Positions 16,470 through 24,054 of a stretch of DNA of 34,472 bases are shown here, in pieces. The stretch comes from Fimbriimonadales bacterium. GTDB taxonomy: Bacteria > Armatimonadota > Fimbriimonadia > Fimbriimonadales > ATM1. The position numbers and the translations under genes were made by a program. The notes under the pieces were generated by a model. That model had not been told where the DNA came from and did no database searches. It saw nothing but the letters and a program-made list of their open reading frames with translations. Each line of letters opens with the position of its first letter. Positions within the stretch are counted from its first letter, which is position 1. Where the stretch lies: positions 1 to 34,472 of the forward strand of contig DASSBY010000018.1 in NCBI GenBank assembly GCA_035698285.1, written 5' to 3'.

Positions 16470-16685
16470 TCTTGCTCCACTACGGTTCCCTTCGGTGATC
16501 GCAGGTTCTTGGCGACGAAAAGCGTTCGGCATCACGTCATGTCGCTTGCAGCGCGCGTGGCGTCGCCGAACCCTGTCCGGATTTGCGACGACCATAGCGA
16601 TTGGGACTGGCGGAAATACGTCGCGCAGCGAAAAACCATAGCTTGAAATAAATGCAAAGCGATTCGGCTCTCCCCAAACATAGAG

Positions 16686-17144
16686 ATGACTAAACGCTGG
16701 AAAAAACTTTGGTTATTACTTGGGTTGTCGCTGTCAGCGATAACCGGCACGTTCCTTTATATTTACGCGCTGCCGTGGATGCCGCATTTCGCGTTTCTCA
16801 AAGGCCAAAGAGTCGAATATGAAACAAACCTTGGGCTCGGCGGAACCGTTACTTTCTGCTACAACGTGCAGAGGCCGTTTGCGGCGTACCATAAATTAGT
16901 GGATTCCGAATTGCGCGCCCGCGGATATATTGTCCTTAACAAACGAGACAATTGGATAGACTATTCGAACGGAGACTCGGATAATCCAATTAGCATCACG
17001 ATTGACAAAGGTCGGATCACCGGAAAGCACTTCTACTTTGACGGTGACTGGCTCGAGACGGATGACGATCCGAAGTGGACAAACGTAACGATAACGGCGC
17101 TTGATGCTCGCACGTATCTTCGCATTCATCTCACCGGTAGTTGA
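16686..17144 (+). CDS. Hypothetical membrane-anchored protein (152 aa)
   Basis: There is an N-terminal TM helix (LWLLLGLSLSAITGTFLYIYAL). By eye the gene is more AT-rich than its neighbours. I recognise no family. Confidence 0.55.
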   Translation: MTKRWKKLWLLLGLSLSAITGTFLYIYALPWMPHFAFLKGQRVEYETNLGLGGTVTFCYNVQRPFAAYHKLVDSELRARGYIVLNKRDNWIDYSNGDSDNPISITIDKGRITGKHFYFDGDWLETDDDPKWTNVTITALDARTYLRIHLTGS

Positions 17145-17166
17145 CGGCGTCGATATAACTTAGCCT

Positions 17167-17586
17167 TCAAAAGTCACCCAACGTATGGTTCAACGCCCGC
17201 TCGACAAGCGGGACTTTCGGCAAAGCCTCGGCTTCCGCCCGCGTAAACCACTGCGCCAAGTCCGTGCTCCCATCCGTTTCCGATCTCAACGCTCCTCCGG
17301 TCCGATGAGTGCGATAAATTATCCGGAACACGTGCGCGGGCGTCTCCTGCTCCGCGTAGGAATCCGAATCCACCGCGACGAGATCTTCGATGCCAATTTC
17401 CAAGCCCGTCTCCTCGATCATTTCACGTCGAAGCGCATCCACCGGCGTCTCTCCAAACTCGACTCCACCGCCCGGCAAAGTCCACTTGCCGCCAGCCAAT
17501 TTCACGCTTGGCGAAATCCTGCAAAGAAGGACCTTCGCATTTTCCACCAAAAGCCCATAGCTGCTGACGCGGACGACATAGTTCAC
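17167..17586 (-). CDS. NUDIX hydrolase
   Basis: The Nudix box is GGGVEFGETPVDALRREMIEETGL. The start is uncertain: the GTG at 17586 overlaps the upstream stop as GTGA, and the alternative TTG at 17637 would overlap that gene by 55 nt. Confidence 0.85.
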   Translation of the reverse strand: MNYVVRVSSYGLLVENAKVLLCRISPSVKLAGGKWTLPGGGVEFGETPVDALRREMIEETGLEIGIEDLVAVDSDSYAEQETPAHVFRIIYRTHRTGGALRSETDGSTDLAQWFTRAEAEALPKVPLVERALNHTLGDF

Positions 17587-18278
17587 CGCTTTGCGCCCAG
17601 CAATTGATCCAGCGTCGCTTCCATGGCCTTTTGCCAAATCGCATAACCTTCGGCATTGGGGTGTAGCAGGTCCGGCATCAAAGCAGTTCGCAACTCACCG
17701 TTCGACGAAAGAAAATATTTCCCGATATCCAGATAATGTACGTGCTCACCGGCAAAATGCGAGATCGTCGAATTTATTTGGTTTACGCGAAGCCTTAAAG
17801 GATCGTCTTTCGTCTGCGCACGCGGGAAAACTCCGAGTAGAAGTATCTCGGCGGAAGGAATCTTCTCTCGCAGGGCGTCCACGATCGCCTTTACTCCCTG
17901 GGCCGTTTCCTTCGGTGTAACGCTTCCGGCGCCAACATTGTTCGTGCCGATCATAATAACGATAACTTTCGGACTAGAGCCCACGAGCTCGCCATTCGCC
18001 AACCGCCAAAGCACGTTTTCCGTGCGGTCGCCGCTAAACCCGAAGTTCGCGGCTTTGCGGGATGCGTAGTAATTGTTCCAAACTTCTTTTCCGGTGCCTT
18101 CCCATCCCTGGGTGATCGAATCGCCTAAAAAAGCCAATTCAAACCCTCCCTTGCGCGTTGTTTCGATACAGTTCTCGTGCCGCAGCTTCCACCAGTCTTC
18201 GTTCATTCTCGACAGTGGATCAGTTGGAGAGTGCGCCTGGAGCAGTGCCAGCGATAACAAAGCCGTTAGAGCAACCAT
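17583..18278 (-). CDS. SGNH/GDSL-family hydrolase (esterase/acylhydrolase)
   Basis: FLGDSITQGW (block I Ser), GFSGDRT, IMIGTNN and DLLHPN (block V D..H) are all present. There is a signal-like N-terminus. Confidence 0.85.
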   Translation of the reverse strand: MVALTALLSLALLQAHSPTDPLSRMNEDWWKLRHENCIETTRKGGFELAFLGDSITQGWEGTGKEVWNNYYASRKAANFGFSGDRTENVLWRLANGELVGSSPKVIVIMIGTNNVGAGSVTPKETAQGVKAIVDALREKIPSAEILLLGVFPRAQTKDDPLRLRVNQINSTISHFAGEHVHYLDIGKYFLSSNGELRTALMPDLLHPNAEGYAIWQKAMEATLDQLLGAKR

Positions 18279-18299
18279 GCCAATATTATGCGGCGAAAA

Positions 18300-18785
18300 C
18301 TACCATTTGTACGGATCGTCCCCGCGGGACCACAAATAAGAAACGAGTTGCCCGACGTGATACCACTCGTGCTGAGCGATGCTCCGAAAATTCTCGGCTA
18401 GAGGCACTTCCCGTTGGTTAAGCGATTCAAACCACCCTTCGGGCATTGGGACAAAGCCCGCCAGATCCTCTTCGCTCAAGGAGTCGAGGTAACGCAGCGT
18501 TTCCCCTCGAACGTCCGTAAGTGCTCTCCTCAGCCCCTCGATGCTCTTTCCCTCCTCTCCGAAATCATTTGCGACTTCGCCGGAAAGCTGCTTGCCCCGC
18601 TTCAGCAACGCCAACAACTGCCGCTCCGTTCCGGCAATTTCCCGCAACTGGCCGCCGACCGTCCGCATCCCTTCCGTCGGAGCCCAGTCTAGGTCCGCGT
18701 CCGTAAGCCGTCCCAGCGCATCATTTAGGTCGGCCCGAACTACCTCGAGCCGACCCTTGATAAGATCGTGGATCGATGGGTGCAT
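18300..18785 (-). CDS. DinB-family protein
   Basis: 161 aa with four-helix-bundle character. The H...H pattern (IAQHEWYHVGQL) near the C-terminus is typical of DinB/DinB_2. Confidence 0.7.
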   Translation of the reverse strand: MHPSIHDLIKGRLEVVRADLNDALGRLTDADLDWAPTEGMRTVGGQLREIAGTERQLLALLKRGKQLSGEVANDFGEEGKSIEGLRRALTDVRGETLRYLDSLSEEDLAGFVPMPEGWFESLNQREVPLAENFRSIAQHEWYHVGQLVSYLWSRGDDPYKW

Positions 18786-18801
18786 CGCCCAGTATAGCGC
18801 G

Positions 18802-21075
18802 CTAGGGTGCCATCGTCCACTTGACTTGATCGATCTTCACGGTCCACGGCGACGGCGATATCGTTCCGTCCTTTCGGTACGACACGCGGCCGCGCAAATG
18901 CCCGTTTTGAAGGAATCGCGACGTGTTCTCTCCGAGGTTGACGTCGACGACGCCATCGCTCGTACCGATGATTCGCGAATCGACGGAAACCCACCCACCA
19001 GTCGTGTAGTCGAAAAGTTCGATGCTCTGCCGAATCTGCGTTCTAGAGGCGGAACTTTCGATCTTGAATTGCAAGACCGAGGCAGAATTCGCACTGGTCG
19101 TACCATCGATCTCGACCTCTATCGGCGCCTGCAGAGGCGTGACCGTACGGCCGAGGCCGAGGTTCAGCGAATCGTCATCGCTGTTTACAAGCTCCGGAAC
19201 GCCTCCAGAAATCACATTGCCACGCACAAGATTGAAACCGCTGGGCGCCCCATACTTGACTGTAAATGGATCGAAGATGGCACGCTGATACGGTACGCCA
19301 TTTTCGGCTCCCGAATAAATTATCACGCCGCTCATCCATTTAAGAGAGCTCACACCGGCGGCCTGGCCCAGCACCTTGACGCTTGCGCCGGTTTCCGCGT
19401 TTAAGAAATTTATTGCACCAGCGCTGGAAGTGGCCAAATGTTCACCATTAGGCGAAAACGCCAGTGCCCTTCCGCCGACGGTGTATAGCGCAACGCCATT
19501 CTGGCTAATTCTTCGAACGCGATCTACTATGCCAAGGTCGCCGTCGACCGCAACTAGGTCATTATCGGGGGAGAACACGGCATGGGTCGCCGCACTTGGC
19601 AGTCGGAACATCACGTCATGCGAAGCCACGTCGACAACTTCAGTGTAACTGTAGGGCAATTTGACCGAAATTGCCAAATACGTTTCCTGGTCGGATATCT
19701 GAGCCCATGCGCGAAGACCCGATCCGTTAAAAGTCTCGCCCGGAAAATTGCTAATCGTGCCATCGGACAGGTTTGTGAGAACGACACCCCATGTCGTTTC
19801 GTTGGTGCCCTTTGCGTCGTAAAAGCTCGACACCGAAGCCGCAACGCCAGCTGGGCTTATCGACGAGACCTCTCCTGCTACGGCGCGATCGCCGTTCTGG
19901 TTTCCAGTTGCTGCGTCAAATAAAAGGACCGTGGAGTCGTCTTCTCCGTCGGGGTCCCCGAATCGCCGCACGCTCGCAAGCTGTTGGCCATTGTCGAAAA
20001 ATGAAGCCACTTCAGTTCTGGTCATGCCGCAAGTATCAGTTATTTCGGGATTAATCAGGTTCGATAAGTAGTAGTACGGTTGAAAGTCGCCGTCTACCTC
20101 AACAAACCGGTCGGCCGATTTCGAAGCGCACAACAACGGCCCGGCAATAGCCGGAAATGTGCCTAAGCACGAGCCGTCGCTGCGATAACGAACGAGTTCG
20201 CGCCCTTGGGTGTTCAATAAGCATTCATATGTGTCCCCAACAAATTTGGCGCCGAAGTTCCCCGGCACCTCCCCAACGACGCGACCGTCGTCAAAAAACG
20301 CGCCGTTTGTTCCAGAAGCGTAAATTATCCGCCCGTCCCTGGAATACCTAATCCAATCTATATCTTGTCCCAGGTCCCCCATATTTACGACGACCGAACC
20401 GTCCGCTATGTCCCAGATGGTAACGCTGCTGCCTGTTCCCCCTGCAATTTCATGCCCGTTTGGCGAAAATGCAAGCGCAAAAACCACCGACGTATTAATT
20501 GTCCTAACGATCGTTCCGGTATCTGAATGAACTATTTGGATATCGCCCACATGAGTCCTACCTGCGATAAGGCTGTCATCCGACGAAATTGCCGCACGCC
20601 CGATTCCAGCATACGTGTGGAGAATTTGGCCATCGAGCCCATACTTACGCAACTCGGGCGAAGCATGTCCGGATGGGCCGATAATCCATTTACCGTTATG
20701 AGAAAAGACGGCTGGTTCCAACCCTATAATGCCCGTCGACCACACTTGGACCCCACCATTGACGTCGTACATGGCTAGCCGATGATTGTAAACGCCGTCA
20801 TCCCCTGTGCCCACCAAAAAGTGACCATCCGGGGAGAAATCCATGCTTTCGATGAAACCCGGAAACCGCCGCACCAAATTGCCGGAGCTAAGACGGCGTA
20901 TAGTGATGCTGCTGCCAGAACCCATGGCAACCAAGTCCTGAGCGGCACAAATCGCGAAGCCCTTGGTAGGCGGATCCGTCGAGCCGAGTCGGCTCCAAAT
21001 AATATCAGGCGACGCCTGACCCAAAACAGCACAAGGCAATAGATAAATTACGAGACCAAGAAATGTAGTTTTCAT
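18802..21075 (-). CDS. Secreted beta-propeller (WD40/TolB-like) repeat protein with unassigned conserved C-terminal domain (757 aa)
   Basis: There is a signal peptide. Repeated FSPDG/FSPNG-type blades are present (MDFSPDGHFLV, LAFSPNGHEIA, AVFSPDNDLVA, LAFSPNGEHLA). About the last 170 aa are shared with the next gene. Confidence 0.7.
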   Translation of the reverse strand: MKTTFLGLVIYLLPCAVLGQASPDIIWSRLGSTDPPTKGFAICAAQDLVAMGSGSSITIRRLSSGNLVRRFPGFIESMDFSPDGHFLVGTGDDGVYNHRLAMYDVNGGVQVWSTGIIGLEPAVFSHNGKWIIGPSGHASPELRKYGLDGQILHTYAGIGRAAISSDDSLIAGRTHVGDIQIVHSDTGTIVRTINTSVVFALAFSPNGHEIAGGTGSSVTIWDIADGSVVVNMGDLGQDIDWIRYSRDGRIIYASGTNGAFFDDGRVVGEVPGNFGAKFVGDTYECLLNTQGRELVRYRSDGSCLGTFPAIAGPLLCASKSADRFVEVDGDFQPYYYLSNLINPEITDTCGMTRTEVASFFDNGQQLASVRRFGDPDGEDDSTVLLFDAATGNQNGDRAVAGEVSSISPAGVAASVSSFYDAKGTNETTWGVVLTNLSDGTISNFPGETFNGSGLRAWAQISDQETYLAISVKLPYSYTEVVDVASHDVMFRLPSAATHAVFSPDNDLVAVDGDLGIVDRVRRISQNGVALYTVGGRALAFSPNGEHLATSSAGAINFLNAETGASVKVLGQAAGVSSLKWMSGVIIYSGAENGVPYQRAIFDPFTVKYGAPSGFNLVRGNVISGGVPELVNSDDDSLNLGLGRTVTPLQAPIEVEIDGTTSANSASVLQFKIESSASRTQIRQSIELFDYTTGGWVSVDSRIIGTSDGVVDVNLGENTSRFLQNGHLRGRVSYRKDGTISPSPWTVKIDQVKWTMAP

Positions 21076-21093
21076 AAATCGTTTTCCTCCACG

Positions 21094-22467
21094 TTATGGC
21101 GCCATCGTCCACTTGACCTGATCGATCTTGACAGTCCACGGAAATGCCGAAAGTCCGCCATCCTTTCGATAGGAAAGCCGCGCGCGCACATGCCCGTTCT
21201 GCAGGAATCGCGACGTGTTCTCCCCGAGATTCACATCGACGACCGCGTCCGAGGTGCCGAGGTTTCGCGAATCGACCGGCACCCACGCTCCAGCGACGTA
21301 GTCATACAAGTCGATTATCTGTATTATTTGCGTTCGCGTTGCGGAGCTCTCGATTTTGAACTGAAGGATTGAGACCGAATTTGCGGTCGTCGTCCCGTCG
21401 ATCTCGACCTCTATCGGCGCCTGAAGCGGCGTGACCGTCCGGCCAAGTCCAATATTCAACGCCTCATCGTCGCTGTCCACAAGCTGCCCCACCCCGCCGG
21501 AAATGACGTTGCCGCGCAGGATAGTCAACGCAGAGGGTATCGCGTGCTGCACGGTAAAAGGATCGAACATCGCACATGTGAAACGGTTTCCGCGTTCGGC
21601 GGTACAAATGATGAATCCCTTTCGCCACTTCACAGAGTCGACATAGTAAGGCAAAGCGAATGACAGTTGCTCTGCGCCCGTTTCCGTATCGGCAAAGCTT
21701 AATTGAAAGTCTTCGAACGTTATAAAGTGTGTTCCGTCCGGAGAAAATGCGAATAACGGTCCTGGCAAATCATACAGAAACTCACCCCGTGATAATGAAT
21801 ACATCCAGTTATCCGGGTAATCCTGGATAGCGACATGATCATCATCGGACGAAATGGCGTATGCCACCTTCTCAGGTTCCACATACAAGAGCGTATGACT
21901 CTTTCGATCCCAGATACGGCTTAGTTGGGCGTCGTTAGCCCACTCGTTGGTGGCGAATAAACTTCCATCCTCGGACAAAACACACTGTGCGAGACCGCCA
22001 CCCGAGTCGAAGTAGTCGTAAAATCCTGTATTGAGATCGAGAACGCTGACGAGGGAATAGCTTCCGTGCTCGTCATAATCATTTTCCGCTACGCCACAGA
22101 GTTCGATGCCCTTGTAGGTCATTGGGGAGCCATCCACCGCGCGACTTTGGACTAGTTTCCCTTGGTCGAGATCCCAGGTGTCCACCCAGGCCAATCGTCC
22201 GACGACTGCATGAGTTCCATCCGCAGAAAATGAGGCGCTCGAAACGTAGTTGCCGAGGTACAGCCCTGGCTCGCCAGTCAGCAGGTCGCAGCAATAGGCT
22301 TGAGCATCCCCAAGTGTTCTCTGGATAAAGCAACCCGAGTCCGATGCGGCAAGGCACATCTCCCAAGTTTGGCCGGTATGTGACCACAAGATATCCGGCG
22401 AACCCTGGCCAACCATCGCACAGGGCACAATAAGCAAAAAAGAAAGCAGCAGGTAGCGACGTCTCAT
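21094..22467 (-). CDS. Secreted beta-propeller-like protein, shorter paralogue with the same C-terminal domain (457 aa)
   Basis: The signal peptide and first residues parallel the neighbour (QGSPDILWSH vs QASPDIIWSR). The C-terminal block FDPFTV...VISGGV..LV.SDD..LN.GLGRTVTPLQAPIEVEIDGTT...WTVKIDQVKWTMAP is nearly collinear with 18802-19330. Confidence 0.7.
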   Translation of the reverse strand: MRRRYLLLSFLLIVPCAMVGQGSPDILWSHTGQTWEMCLAASDSGCFIQRTLGDAQAYCCDLLTGEPGLYLGNYVSSASFSADGTHAVVGRLAWVDTWDLDQGKLVQSRAVDGSPMTYKGIELCGVAENDYDEHGSYSLVSVLDLNTGFYDYFDSGGGLAQCVLSEDGSLFATNEWANDAQLSRIWDRKSHTLLYVEPEKVAYAISSDDDHVAIQDYPDNWMYSLSRGEFLYDLPGPLFAFSPDGTHFITFEDFQLSFADTETGAEQLSFALPYYVDSVKWRKGFIICTAERGNRFTCAMFDPFTVQHAIPSALTILRGNVISGGVGQLVDSDDEALNIGLGRTVTPLQAPIEVEIDGTTTANSVSILQFKIESSATRTQIIQIIDLYDYVAGAWVPVDSRNLGTSDAVVDVNLGENTSRFLQNGHVRARLSYRKDGGLSAFPWTVKIDQVKWTMAP

Positions 22468-22505
22468 GGAAATACTCCTTGAGTGGCGGCTCCGCAGCAG
22501 TGGGG

Positions 22506-22533
22506 TCGTCGCTCGTATGTACTTAGACGAACG
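22506..22533 (-). other. 9-bp hairpin (one G-U pair) between rfbB and the propeller gene
   Basis: On the minus strand, GUCGUUCGU-cuaaguacau-ACGAGCGAC forms the stem. There is no U-tract. It is a possible processing or weak termination site. Confidence 0.2.
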
Positions 22534-22554
22534 ACTCGCCTAAAAGGTTCACCG

Positions 22555-23583
22555 CTACAAGTCCTCTCCCAGGCCGGGGCCGTAAAACCGCTTGATAAAA
22601 GCCTGAAATTCCGGCTTTTGCGCGATTGGCCGCCACCAATTCTGTCGGTGCGCATACCAATCGATAGTCTCCGCGATGCCCTGCTCGAACGGCACGACCG
22701 GCTTCCATCCGAGCCCGCGCAGCTTTTCCGAGCTCATGCTATAGCGAACGTCGTGCGCCCCGCCACGCGGATCCGCGATATATTTGACAAGCTCCTCACC
22801 CTTGCCCAACCGATCGAGCAGAATCCGAACGATTTCGACGTTCTCCCGCTCGTTCGTGTCGGAAATATTGTAAACCTGGCCCGGCTCCCCCTTGCGCAAG
22901 GCCGCGTCGATGCCAGAGGCATGGTCGAGAACGTGTATCCATTCGCGTACCTGCTTCCCTTCCCCGTAGACCGGTACTTTCTTATCGTCGATGAGCCTGG
23001 TCGCGAAAAATGAAATCAATTTCTCCGGATATTGATACGGACCATACGTGTTCCCTCCGCGAGTCACGAGTACCGGAGTCTGGTAAGCGACAAAGGCCGC
23101 CCTGCACAGGAGATCGCCGGATGCCTTGCTCGCGCTATAAGGCGTGTTCGGGCTCAGCGGAGATTCCTCTGTAAACGTCCCGGTGGCGGTCGAACCGTAC
23201 ACCTCATCCGTCGAAACATGCACGATTCGTGGCACCCGCATCTCGCGAACAGCCTCCAATAGATTGTGCACGCCAAAAACGTTCGTCTTTAGGAAATCGC
23301 CTGCTTCGAGGAGACTGCGATCGTTGTGCGTCTCCGCCGCGCAGTCGATAATCGCCTCGATATGGTCGTCGTGAATAATTCGCCTAACGGCATCATGATC
23401 CTCTATCCGGCCCTGGTGAAATCGAAACCGCTCGTTTGGCTCAAGGTCTTCGACCGTGCTCAAATTGCCGGCATAAGTCAAGGCGTCGAGAACCGAAACC
23501 CGGTCTTCGGGATATTTTTCAAGCAGCAGCCGGCATAGGCTGCTGCCGATAAATCCCGCGCCGCCCGTAACGAGAATATTCAT
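22555..23583 (-). CDS. rfbB: dTDP-glucose 4,6-dehydratase
   Basis: ILVTGGAGFIGS Rossmann motif, HVSTDEVYG, and the YSASK catalytic YxxxK. 342 aa. Confidence 0.9.
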   Translation of the reverse strand: MNILVTGGAGFIGSSLCRLLLEKYPEDRVSVLDALTYAGNLSTVEDLEPNERFRFHQGRIEDHDAVRRIIHDDHIEAIIDCAAETHNDRSLLEAGDFLKTNVFGVHNLLEAVREMRVPRIVHVSTDEVYGSTATGTFTEESPLSPNTPYSASKASGDLLCRAAFVAYQTPVLVTRGGNTYGPYQYPEKLISFFATRLIDDKKVPVYGEGKQVREWIHVLDHASGIDAALRKGEPGQVYNISDTNERENVEIVRILLDRLGKGEELVKYIADPRGGAHDVRYSMSSEKLRGLGWKPVVPFEQGIAETIDWYAHRQNWWRPIAQKPEFQAFIKRFYGPGLGEDL

Positions 23584-24047
23584 CCGAGCAAAAAGCGGGA
23601 ATCCGAGTCTTCTTCATGCCGAATTTCGTCGACGGGCTCCTTCTTCCCCCAGCCGGCATAAAGTCGATTGGGGAAATTGAGCACGAAAGCATCCGCATCT
23701 CCGACATTCTTATAGGCATGCACGACGCCCGGTGGCACGGTAACAAAAATCGGCGCACTTTCGCCTACATCCATCGCAACGGCGTTTTCCTCGTGTCCCT
23801 CGCGCGTCTCCCACAAATACAAACGGAATGTTCCAGAGAGAAAAACAAAGCCATCCGTTTGGTCCCTATGCTCGTGCGGCCCCCTTGCCACGCCCGGCTT
23901 CGTCACGCTCAGATATCCCATCGTTGGCTCGAAGCCCTCAGGAAGCTCGTCGTCGCGGTAAAGCTCTACCAGCCAGCCTCTGGCGTCGGAATGCTTCCCG
24001 AGCTCGCGCACGAAAACGCCCGGCATTATTTCCTTGATTTCGCCCAC
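23580..24047 (-). CDS. dTDP-4-dehydrorhamnose 3,5-epimerase-like cupin
   Basis: 155 aa. SDARGWLVELY, GPHEH and VPPGVVHAY are RmlC-like motifs. The stop overlaps the rfbB start as ATGA. Confidence 0.7.
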   Translation of the reverse strand: MGEIKEIMPGVFVRELGKHSDARGWLVELYRDDELPEGFEPTMGYLSVTKPGVARGPHEHRDQTDGFVFLSGTFRLYLWETREGHEENAVAMDVGESAPIFVTVPPGVVHAYKNVGDADAFVLNFPNRLYAGWGKKEPVDEIRHEEDSDSRFLLG

Positions 24048-24054
24048 CTCGAAA

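Noticed and set aside
18541-19404. The 287-aa plus-strand ORF
   Set aside because: It is antisense to the DinB gene and the propeller gene and has Arg/Ser-rich shadow-frame composition.
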